Assembly: GCA_031412875.1 (NCBI GenBank)
Contig: JANODW010000308.1
Span: forward strand, 1-41,628
DNA length: 41,628 bases
Direction: 5' to 3'
From: Pirellula sp.
Lineage (GTDB): Bacteria > Planctomycetota > Planctomycetia > Pirellulales > Pirellulaceae
Shown: one piece after another, positions 1-7,950 of the stretch
Position numbering within the stretch: position 1 is the stretch's first letter
How the letters are laid out: the number at the start of each line of letters is the position of its first letter
Translations under genes and position numbers: made by a program
Notes under the pieces: generated by a model
The model's input: the letters and a program-made list of their open reading frames with translations, nothing else
Databases searched by the model: none
Told to the model about the DNA's origin: nothing

Positions 1-103
1 CCTTCATTTCTTGTTTTGGTACGATGACACTGGGCGGGTAGTTTCCTTCCACGAGAAGCCCCACCCAGATCGTTTCCTGGCGTTTTTACAAAGAGCAATG
101 TAA
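1..103 (+). CDS. Possible 3' end of a gene entering from the left edge (...LHFLFWYDDTGRVVSFHEKPHPDRFLAFLQRAM*)
   Basis: The frame starting at base 2 is open to TAA at 101-103 and has protein-like composition. It is too short to identify. Confidence 0.35.
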   Translation, partial: LHFLFWYDDTGRVVSFHEKPHPDRFLAFLQRAM

Positions 104-187
104 GACGTTTCTCGATGAAAACTAACGCCAATGTGAGTCCCACCAAAAAGTGGCGTCGAGCATGGCAATGAACGCATCCTGCAGTCA

Positions 188-246
188 TACTCGTACTCAG
201 CGAAGCGGTACTCGTACTCGATCGCTTGTTTTCGAGTACGAGTACG
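188..246. repeat. GTACTC-unit palindromic repeat (REP-like hairpin)
   Basis: Perfect 14-bp inverted repeat gtactcgtactcga (208-221) / tcgagtacgagtac (232-245) with a 10-nt loop. An extra tactcgtactc lies at 188-198. Confidence 0.8.
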
Positions 247-491
247 AAAACTCATAAAATCGAACATCGCTTGTTAGGTAGTTTTCAAGCCGCCGCTCGC
301 CTAATATCCGGAAGTTTTTAGTGGCAGGGTGCGAGCCCAATGCCGCTGACTTTGGCGGAAAATCCCAAGCTACCCGGTGAGGGCTAGCGAAGAATCCCCT
401 GACCTCAGTGCCCTCTGGTGCTCTGTGTTTCAAAAAAGTCCCCTGCGGGGAAGCAATGCTTTTTTTGCTGCGTCATTTGCTAGACATGCGG

Positions 492-557
492 ATGCAGAGT
501 CGCTTTCGGCAAAAGCGACGTACCTATGCAGAGTCGCTTTCGGCAAAAGCGACCTAC
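492..557 (-). repeat. Tandem pair of GTAG-type REP-like hairpins
   Basis: The 28-bp unit atgcagagtcgctttcggcaaaagcgac occurs at 492-519 and 526-553. Each has the stem gtcgcttt/aaagcgac. On the minus strand the second copy reads GTAGGTCGCTTTTGCCGAAAGCGAC. Confidence 0.8.
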
Positions 558-725
558 CGCGGAACATGCGGTTGCGAGGTTGACTCGGATGGCGATGCCA
601 TGCGATGGTGTTTCGGAATCAAAGAACGAGTATACTCTGCATGCCCATTGTCAGCACGAGCACCGCGATGCTGAGCGATCCCACAACGATTCCAACTTGT
701 GTATTCCATGATTTAAGAGGTTTTC

Positions 726-1817
726 GTGATTCCTGATTTCGGCAAACGACGTGAGCAACTTTTTCGATCGCTTAAGGAACGTAAACTTCCGAATTTATTG
801 GTGACCTGCCCCCACAACGTTACTTATCTAACGGGCTTTACAGGCGAAGACAGTTATCTTTTCGCTGACCACGGCAAAGTGACGATATTGAGCGATGCGC
901 GCTACGAAGAGCAGTTGCAACAGGAGTGCCCTCAAGATGCAGTGTTCATTCGCGGTGCGACGATTGCGATGATCGATGCGACGGCCGCTTGGTTGGCATC
1001 GCAGCAACTGCGACAGGTTTGCGTCGAGTCCCAAACGATCACGCTTTCGCAGTGGGAAAAGCTGACCGGCCAAGTCGCATCGATTCAGTTCGGCACTTGC
1101 AGCGGCGTCGTCGAACGGCTCCGCGAGCGCAAAGACGCTTCGGAAATAGCCGCTATCGAACGCGCAATATCAATTGCCGAGCGTGCCTTTATTTCCGTGC
1201 AAGCGATGGTGACGGGCGAAACAACGGAAAAGTCGATCGCCGATCAGCTTGATTTCTCGATTCGCAAATTGGGGGGCACCGGGAGCGCATTTAAAACCAT
1301 CGTTGGAGTCGGGCCTCGCGCCGCTCTGCCTCACGGACGCCCCTCCCACAAGCGCATCGATGAATCGCCATTTGTTTTGGTCGACTGGGGCGCCAAAGAG
1401 GATCTCTACTTAAGCGACATCACACGGATCATTGTCACAGGCAAAACAAATGCCAAGTTCCAAAAAATTTACCAAACAGTATTATCGGCACAGGAGGCAG
1501 CCATCCGTGCGATCGGTCCGGGCGTTGCGATGGGCGAAGTGGATGCGATCGCGCGCGGGGTGATTGAACAAGCGGGGTTCGGTAAGCGATTCACCCATTC
1601 GTTGGGCCATTCGTTTGGTCTGCAAATCCATGAGTCCGTTCGTTTAGCAAAAGGACAAGAACGCGTGCTGGAACCGGACATGGTAGTTACCGTCGAGCCA
1701 GGGATCTACATTCCAGGTTTCGCCGGGGTCAGAATTGAAGACGATGTTTTAGTTACGAAGTCAGGGAATCGCGTCCTTACATCGTTACCGAAACAGTGGG
1801 ATCACATCCAACCTTGA
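726..1817 (+). CDS. Xaa-Pro aminopeptidase/dipeptidase (M24B family, creatinase N-domain)
   Basis: Metal-site motifs DWGA...SDITR, HSLGHSFGLQIHE, TVEPGIY and GVRIEDDVLV; YLTGFTG in the N-domain; AGAGG RBS before the GTG. Confidence 0.95.
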   Translation: MIPDFGKRREQLFRSLKERKLPNLLVTCPHNVTYLTGFTGEDSYLFADHGKVTILSDARYEEQLQQECPQDAVFIRGATIAMIDATAAWLASQQLRQVCVESQTITLSQWEKLTGQVASIQFGTCSGVVERLRERKDASEIAAIERAISIAERAFISVQAMVTGETTEKSIADQLDFSIRKLGGTGSAFKTIVGVGPRAALPHGRPSHKRIDESPFVLVDWGAKEDLYLSDITRIIVTGKTNAKFQKIYQTVLSAQEAAIRAIGPGVAMGEVDAIARGVIEQAGFGKRFTHSLGHSFGLQIHESVRLAKGQERVLEPDMVVTVEPGIYIPGFAGVRIEDDVLVTKSGNRVLTSLPKQWDHIQP

Positions 1818-1830
1818 TACGAGTTTATTC

Positions 1831-2865
1831 ATGGTGATCGTGCGCGAAGTTACCTTAGAGGACCTCGATGCTCTATGGGAATTGATTGGACAGGCCAATA
1901 CTGGGATGACGTCTTTGAAGATCGACAAGGATCAATTGTCGGATCGGATTGAGCGTTCGCAATTTGCTTTTCGGCGATTGACGGAACGGGCAGAGGGAGC
2001 GCCGTATGTCTTTGTGATGCAGGATTTGGAGAGCGGCCGTTTGGTCGGGACAAGTTGTGTTTTTTCAAAGACGGGTGGCTTTGAACCCTTCTACGCCTAT
2101 CGGATCGTTACCGAATACAACCATTGCGCATTGCTCAATCAGACATGCGAGATCCGATCGCTGCATTTGGAAAAGACACACAACGGTCCCACAGAAATTG
2201 GGAGTTTGTTTTTGTTGCCCGAGTACCGAGGTCAAGGCTGTGGCAAGTTGTTGAGCATGTCACGGTTTGCGTATATTGCCGCCCATCCCAAGCGCTTCGC
2301 ATCGCAGACCATCGCGGAGATGCGAGGATTTCAAGACGACGCGGGTGCTAGTCCGTTTTGGGACGCGATCGGGGCGCACTTCTTTAGAATCGACTTCCCG
2401 CGGGCGGATTCTCTATCGATGATCGACAAGCAGTTTATCGAGGACTTGATGCCGCGCTATCCCATCTATCTGGATCTGCTTCCCAAAGACGCGGTGGCTG
2501 CCATCGGTCGTGTGCATGAACAAACCAAACCCGCGCTGGCGATGCTCGAGTCGCAGGGGTTTGTAAAAACCGATCAGATAGACATCTTTGACGGCGGTCC
2601 GGTTTTGAAATGCGCAACGCAATCTATTTTGGCAGTCCAGGCAACAATAGAGGTTGTGATTGCGAGCACTGCAAATGAGAACGTCGACTCCAACGCAGCG
2701 TCGCATCAACGCTTTCCTAAGGCCATTGTTTCGACCCTCAAAAAACCGTTCATCGCGGTGCAGTGCGCCGCGCGTTTAGAAGAAAGTTACGTGCACCTAG
2801 ATCGCGACTCTCTGGCTGCTCTGAGCTGCGGCCCCGGCGACTCGGTCACTGTGATGACGCTGTGA
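1831..2865 (+). CDS. astA: Arginine N-succinyltransferase
   Basis: TGMTSL, GGFEPFYAYR, TEIGSLFLLPEYR, IAEMRG, SPFWDAIGAHFF, FIEDLMPRYPIY and IDIFDGGP are all AstA-type motifs. Confidence 0.92.
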   Translation: MVIVREVTLEDLDALWELIGQANTGMTSLKIDKDQLSDRIERSQFAFRRLTERAEGAPYVFVMQDLESGRLVGTSCVFSKTGGFEPFYAYRIVTEYNHCALLNQTCEIRSLHLEKTHNGPTEIGSLFLLPEYRGQGCGKLLSMSRFAYIAAHPKRFASQTIAEMRGFQDDAGASPFWDAIGAHFFRIDFPRADSLSMIDKQFIEDLMPRYPIYLDLLPKDAVAAIGRVHEQTKPALAMLESQGFVKTDQIDIFDGGPVLKCATQSILAVQATIEVVIASTANENVDSNAASHQRFPKAIVSTLKKPFIAVQCAARLEESYVHLDRDSLAALSCGPGDSVTVMTL

Positions 2866-2896
2866 ACCTTCGCCGCGTAGCTTTGCAATGCTATTT

Positions 2897-3012
2897 GGCG
2901 AGCGGCGGTATCATTACCACCGTAGGATGGGACCTTTATCCCGTCCGTTTCTTTGTTCGGGACGATGGTCCCAAAATACGGCTGGTATGTTTCAGAATGC
3001 CGCTCGCCCTAT
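2897..3012. mobile_element. REPIN/MITE-like long palindromic element, copy A
   Basis: Outer 10-bp IR ggcgagcggc (2897-2906) / gccgctcgcc (2999-3008) encloses nested IR arms cgtaggatgggacc...ggtcccaaaatacg. The reverse complement of 2921-3012 matches 13959-14080 at 80 of 92 positions by hand count, ignoring a 30-bp duplication in copy B. Confidence 0.75.
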
Positions 3013-3025
3013 GAAGCAATGCGGC

Positions 3026-3136
3026 TTAGCGAGGCGAGAACATCCAAGCCGTTGCGAGGGCTAGAAACGTACAACCGAAGCAGACGATCTCCCAAAGACT
3101 GCTGATGGTCTCGATTGGAAAGAAGGCTTGAGGCAT
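3026..3136 (-). CDS. Small 36-aa single-pass membrane protein MPQAFFPIETISSLWEIVCFGCTFLALATAWMFSPR (absent from the ORF track)
   Basis: ATG at 3136-3134, TAA at 3028-3026 and AAGGA RBS 9 nt upstream. It has a hydrophobic ~20-aa segment and fills part of the otherwise empty astA-mnmG gap. Confidence 0.65.
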   Translation of the reverse strand: MPQAFFPIETISSLWEIVCFGCTFLALATAWMFSPR

Positions 3137-3435
3137 GTTCGTCGTTCCTTGAACTGTCGTTATTACCATTTGCGTTCCACGGAAGGAACTCTTAGGAAGC
3201 TTACGTCACCCTGGAAGGCAGTCAAATTTCATGGCCGAAAAAGTTTAGTGAAAGCGTTTGCAATCTGTGTTTCTTCCGACTCTTTCTGGTTTTTTGCTGT
3301 TTGGTAACGGTTGTTCCGACGGTGAGGCGGTGAGCATTCCTCGCCAAAATTCGGTTCTATGGATAAGATAGGGTGGGTGAAGCGACAATCGACTTTGGGC
3401 GGCATTGGACATTCTTGGGATCGAGCAAATAGTAA

Positions 3436-5310
3436 ATGAATCGTTACGACTATGACGTGATCGTCGTCGGTGCTGGACACGCGGGGACCGAAGCGGCGGC
3501 GGCAGCGGCCCGATTGGGTGCTCGGGTTGCTCTGTTGACTGGAAACCTGGACACCGTGGGCCAAATGAGTTGCAATCCGGCCATCGGTGGGGTCGCCAAA
3601 GGCCAAATCGTTCGAGAAATCGATGCTTTGGGTGGGTTGATGGGAGAAACCATCGATCGTACGGGCATCCAATTCAGGATGTTGAACAGTCGTAAAGGAG
3701 CCGCGATGCACTCCCCGCGCGCCCAAGCGGACAAGAAAGCTTACCAGTTTGAAATCAAGCGCCGGATCGAGGAAATGCCCAATATTGATCTGCGGCAAGA
3801 GCTCGTCGATGATCTGCTCACGGAAACAATCGACGGGAAAGAGAAAATCGTCGGGGTAAGAGTCAAAGGGGACGCGGAGTATTTTGCAAGATCGGTTGTT
3901 TTGACGACCGGGACGTTCCTTCAAGCCATCATGCATACCGGCGAAGCGAAGACGGCAGGTGGTCGGGCTGGCGAAGGGACAACGTCGGGAATCAGCCATG
4001 CGTTGATGCGTCTAGGGTTTCGGGTCGAGCGATTCAAGACGGGGACACCGGCGCGCCTCAACGGACGGACCATTGACTATTCCAAAACCGAGATGCAGCC
4101 GGGGGACGATCCACCGCAGCCGTTTTCTTACATGACCGATGCGCTGCCAGGCCCACAGGTTCCTTGTTGGATCACGTATACCAACGAAGCGGTCCACGCG
4201 TTGATTCGAAACAATCTCCATCGCGCGCCCATGTACACCGGACAGATCCAGTCCACCGGTCCACGCTACTGCCCGTCGATCGAGGACAAGGTGGTCCGAT
4301 TCGCCGACAAGGGCCGGCATCAGCTTTTTTTGGAGCCGGAAGGACGGAACACTTTAGAGGTCTATGTGAACGGGATCTCCACCTCGCTCCCTCGCGATGT
4401 GCAAGACCAGATGATGCGTTTGATTCCAGGTTTGGAGAAAGCGCAGATCATGCGATACGGCTATGCCGTCGAATACGACTTCTGCCCACCGGATCAATTG
4501 AACCCCTGGTTCGAAACCAAAGCGGTCGAGGGGCTGTTTTTTGCAGGCCAACTCAACGGAACCACCGGTTACGAAGAAGCGGGTGCGCAGGGGCTGATCG
4601 CAGGCGCAAGCTCCGCTCTCAGATTGCAAGGAAAAGATGGCTTGGTCCTGGGCCGCGAAATCGCTTACATGGGTGTTCTCGCGGACGATTTAGTTACGTG
4701 CGGTGTGGATGAGCCGTACCGCATGTTCACCAGTCGAGCCGAGTATCGAATGATGCTGCGCCAAGACAACGCCGATCGACGCTTGACCGAATTAGGCTAC
4801 TCCGTTGGCTTAGTGGACAAAAAACGCCACGACCGATTTATCGAAAAGCAAACCAGCATTCACACAGCCATGAATCTCCTTGGACAACTGCGAGTCGAGA
4901 ACACGCCTGCCGATAAACAACTTCGAAGGCCCGACGTGACTTGGGCTCATCTGGTAGGACTGTTTCCTGAATCGTTAAGCCCCTTCACAGAGGAAGTGGC
5001 CAGGCAAGTCGAATTCGATATCAAGTATTCAGGCTATATCGCTCGTCAACAGATCCAAGTCGATCGCCAGAACCGTATGGCGGACAAGGTGATTCCGCAA
5101 AATTTCAACTACGAATCTATCACAAGTATGCGCACTGAAGCCAAGCAAAAGTTTGGCCGCATTCGTCCAGCCAATTTGGATCAAGCGGGGCGCATCAGCG
5201 GGATCACACCCGCCGATATTGCGCTGGTTCTGGCTTACATCGAAAACCCAAAGCTATCGCGTTCTAGCAAAACAGAGAAGGCACTTTCGTCTGGTATGGA
5301 GTCCGAATAG
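3436..5310 (+). CDS. mnmG: tRNA uridine-5-carboxymethylaminomethyl(34) synthesis enzyme MnmG (GidA)
   Basis: GAGHAGTEAA, MSCNPAIGGVAKG, RFKTGTPARL, GPRYCPSIEDK, AGQLNGTTGYEEA and EPYRMFTSRAEYR. Confidence 0.99.
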   Translation: MNRYDYDVIVVGAGHAGTEAAAAAARLGARVALLTGNLDTVGQMSCNPAIGGVAKGQIVREIDALGGLMGETIDRTGIQFRMLNSRKGAAMHSPRAQADKKAYQFEIKRRIEEMPNIDLRQELVDDLLTETIDGKEKIVGVRVKGDAEYFARSVVLTTGTFLQAIMHTGEAKTAGGRAGEGTTSGISHALMRLGFRVERFKTGTPARLNGRTIDYSKTEMQPGDDPPQPFSYMTDALPGPQVPCWITYTNEAVHALIRNNLHRAPMYTGQIQSTGPRYCPSIEDKVVRFADKGRHQLFLEPEGRNTLEVYVNGISTSLPRDVQDQMMRLIPGLEKAQIMRYGYAVEYDFCPPDQLNPWFETKAVEGLFFAGQLNGTTGYEEAGAQGLIAGASSALRLQGKDGLVLGREIAYMGVLADDLVTCGVDEPYRMFTSRAEYRMMLRQDNADRRLTELGYSVGLVDKKRHDRFIEKQTSIHTAMNLLGQLRVENTPADKQLRRPDVTWAHLVGLFPESLSPFTEEVARQVEFDIKYSGYIARQQIQVDRQNRMADKVIPQNFNYESITSMRTEAKQKFGRIRPANLDQAGRISGITPADIALVLAYIENPKLSRSSKTEKALSSGMESE

Positions 5311-6714
5311 ATGCCGAGCGCCATTATTGTGGGCGCAGGCCTTGCGGGCTTGACGGCTGCTCGGCAATTGCATCGCGAGAACTGGACCGTCTCGGTCATC
5401 GATGCTCGCGATCGCGTGGGCGGTCGCATTCAGACCGATCCAGTCGACGGTTTTCTGCTCGATCATGGATTTCAAGTTTTCTTGACAGGTTATGTTGTCG
5501 CTCAGAGCGAACTGGACCTCACAGAACTGCGTCTCGGGGAGTTTCAAGCCGGTGCGCTGATCTGGATCGATGGCAAGCATCACCGCGTCTGCGACCCGTT
5601 GCGATCAAAATGGTACTTAGCCCCATGGCATTGCTTGGAAACACTCGTGGCGCCGGTAGGAAGCATTGCCGATAAACTCCGGATCGCTTTGTTTCGAAAT
5701 CGTGTTTGCCAAGCAGATCCGGCGCATTGGATGAATGACCGCGAGGGTTCGGCCAAAGAACGGCTTGAGCAATTCGGCTTTTCCCCAAAAATTATCCATC
5801 GGTTCTTTCGGCCATTCTTTGGGGGTATCTTTCTGGACGAATCCCTATCCGTCTCCGCAGGCATGATGGAGTTCATCTTTCGCACTTTTAGCCTGGGTGC
5901 CGCAGCATTGCCAGAGCAAGGCATGCAAGCGATCCCCAATCAGATCGCGCGCGATTTGCCGGCAGCTTCGATCCGTCTCAATACAACCGCGAAACGCGTA
6001 TCGGACGGGTGTGTGGAATTGTCGGATGGCGAAACGCTGTTGGCTGACCATGTCATTGTCGCCACCGAAGAGCCCGCTGCAAAACGATTGATCGCAGCAT
6101 CGCATTCTCAGCACGACAAGCGACCAACGCCTCTCAAAGCGGCATCGACCTGCTGTTTGTACTTCGACGTGCCCGACCCTCCGATTCAGGAAGCGACGTT
6201 GATGCTCAATGGCGATCAAAAAGGGGTCATCAACAATTTGTGCTTTCCAAGTTTCGCACAGCCCTCCTACGCGCCTGCCGGACGGTCGCTGCTGAGTGTC
6301 AGTACGATAGGCCAAACCGAAACGGTTGGAACGGAACTGTTGACCACCGTCCGAACACAGTTGGTTGAATGGTTTGGCAAACGAGCTGAAAATTGGCGTC
6401 ACTTACGAACCTACCAAATCCCATACGCGTTGCCCAACCAGACACCACAAGCGTCGGCGAAGAGCTTTGCTCCGACGCAAATCAGCGATAGGATTTGGCG
6501 ATGCGGCGACTACTGCGAATCGGGCAGCATCGAAGGAGCCATCGTTAGCGGCTTGAAGGTAGCCAGAAGAGTTCAGGATTCCACAACAGGCACTGACGAT
6601 TTCGAAAGCGCGAAGGCTGCTGCTGTGCCGGCCAATGCCCCGAACAAATGCCCTTCCCAAGATACGGCGGCGCCTGCGGTTGGCAATACACCGAAAAACA
6701 ACGTGGTTCCATAG
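5311..6714 (+). CDS. FAD-dependent oxidoreductase (flavin amine oxidase / phytoene dehydrogenase-like)
   Basis: GAGLAGL...DARDRVGGRI dinucleotide-binding motif, DGFLLDHGFQV and C-terminal CGDY...SIEGAIVSG. The ATG directly follows the mnmG stop. Confidence 0.88.
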   Translation: MPSAIIVGAGLAGLTAARQLHRENWTVSVIDARDRVGGRIQTDPVDGFLLDHGFQVFLTGYVVAQSELDLTELRLGEFQAGALIWIDGKHHRVCDPLRSKWYLAPWHCLETLVAPVGSIADKLRIALFRNRVCQADPAHWMNDREGSAKERLEQFGFSPKIIHRFFRPFFGGIFLDESLSVSAGMMEFIFRTFSLGAAALPEQGMQAIPNQIARDLPAASIRLNTTAKRVSDGCVELSDGETLLADHVIVATEEPAAKRLIAASHSQHDKRPTPLKAASTCCLYFDVPDPPIQEATLMLNGDQKGVINNLCFPSFAQPSYAPAGRSLLSVSTIGQTETVGTELLTTVRTQLVEWFGKRAENWRHLRTYQIPYALPNQTPQASAKSFAPTQISDRIWRCGDYCESGSIEGAIVSGLKVARRVQDSTTGTDDFESAKAAAVPANAPNKCPSQDTAAPAVGNTPKNNVVP

Positions 6715-7130
6715 AGGGAGCCGACCAGCAAGGCGACGAACATCGAAACCGGTTTCCGTTCTACCAATCCGCTCGCAATAAGGAACGCTACCAAGCCGTA
6801 GACCAATCCGCTTGCTCCGATATGCACTGCGTTGCGGCCAAAACACCATAGCAAAATCCCCCCGCCCATCACTACGCTCAAAATCACGACCACGAAGTCG
6901 TCCCGCGAACTGCACAAAATAAACAACAAGATGCACAGGGGGATCGTATTGCCGAGCAAATGAGCGAAACTGGCGTGAAGGAACGGCATGAGTGGTATGC
7001 CGATCAGCCCATACAACGTGCGAGGAACCAGCCCCAAATCGTTGAAGGAAACAGGGAGCAAGCAATCCAAAAAATAGACGGCCCAAAGGGCGACAACAAG
7101 CCCACCAATCCCTTGTAACTCTTTGACCAT
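6573..7130 (-). CDS. Rhomboid family intramembrane serine protease
   Basis: PFLHASFAHLLGN, catalytic GASG and SWEGHLFG, with several TM segments. Start placed at the ATG at 7130 (MVKELQ). Confidence 0.93.
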   Translation of the reverse strand: MVKELQGIGGLVVALWAVYFLDCLLPVSFNDLGLVPRTLYGLIGIPLMPFLHASFAHLLGNTIPLCILLFILCSSRDDFVVVILSVVMGGGILLWCFGRNAVHIGASGLVYGLVAFLIASGLVERKPVSMFVALLVGSLYGTTLFFGVLPTAGAAVSWEGHLFGALAGTAAAFALSKSSVPVVES

Positions 7131-7257
7131 ATTCAACCTAGTCGACGAAAAAACAACCAATCATCTCAGTCTTGATTCCGACGAAATTTTACCAGAGTGC
7201 CGTTCGGTTGTCCCAGCAATTGTTCTACCCGTTTACCTTTTGCAGAACACAACTCCT

Positions 7258-7923
7258 ATGTTTCGTGCCTTGCCTACCAAGCTTATGGATTGCCGGTTTC
7301 ATGCGGTGGAAAGTTCTGCCGACTCCTGCGCTCCGGAGTTGTTCATTGTGGAAGGGGATTCTGCGGCGAATGCGGTTGGCATCGTCCGGGATTCTCGCTT
7401 TCAAGCGGTAATGCCCATGCAGGGCAAGCCGCTCAATGCTTGGAAGGCATCTCGGGAGAAAGTGGCTCGCAATGAATTCTTCAGGGCGCTACAGCAAGCC
7501 ATCGGTGCCCAATGGGGAGAAAGTTTTCGGTTGAACGACGTTCGCTACGAACGCATGATTTTGGTTTTCGATCCGGATGCGGATGGGATCCATTGCGGGA
7601 TGCTGGTGCTAATGTATTTTTATCGTTGGATGCGACCGCTATTGGATTCCGGGCGAATCTACATGGTTCACCCGCCGTTGTTTGAGATCACCGCACCGGG
7701 AATGACCGAACTCGTGTGCGCGGTTTCGGACGAGGAGGCTATAGCAAGTCTGGCCAAGGTTCAGAGGGACATCCATCCGAACGCCGTGAAGAAGAGATTT
7801 CGCGGGCTAGCAAGCATGAGCGGGGGCGTGCTCAAGCAGTACTGTGTGCAGCCCGCGACACGTCGGGCCTTTTGTATGCGTGCAAAGGATGCAGAAGCGG
7901 CCATTCAAGTTTTTTGCCCCTAG
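7258..7923 (+). CDS. Stand-alone type IIA topoisomerase B-subunit (GyrB/ParE) TOPRIM-domain protein, 221 aa, with no ATPase domain
   Basis: LPTKLMDC (cf. LPGKLADC), ELFIVEGDSA, PMQGKPLN, RYERMILVFDPDADGIH, PPLF, KRFRGLASM and PATRR. The first ATG is at 7258. Confidence 0.88.
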   Translation: MFRALPTKLMDCRFHAVESSADSCAPELFIVEGDSAANAVGIVRDSRFQAVMPMQGKPLNAWKASREKVARNEFFRALQQAIGAQWGESFRLNDVRYERMILVFDPDADGIHCGMLVLMYFYRWMRPLLDSGRIYMVHPPLFEITAPGMTELVCAVSDEEAIASLAKVQRDIHPNAVKKRFRGLASMSGGVLKQYCVQPATRRAFCMRAKDAEAAIQVFCP

Positions 7924-7950
7924 TTTTTGGAATGGGCAAGCGGCCGAACA

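Noticed and set aside
4-267. 87-aa minus-strand ORF containing EYEYRFAEYEYD
   Set aside because: The pattern is the translation of the GTACTC palindromic repeat; no other coding support.
492-553. Possible mini-CRISPR (28-bp palindromic direct repeats)
   Set aside because: Only two copies, a 6-nt spacer, and no cas genes in the window.
3229-3999. 256-aa minus-strand ORF, and similar long antisense ORFs (11052-12170, 6403-7086, 19939-20613, 40804-41391)
   Set aside because: Shadow or alternative frames of well-supported genes, with no recognisable motifs.
7123-7257. N-terminal extension of the TOPRIM ORF as a remnant of the gyrB ATPase/transducer region
   Set aside because: No GyrB-like sequence is visible, it needs a TTG start, and it overlaps the rhomboid start.
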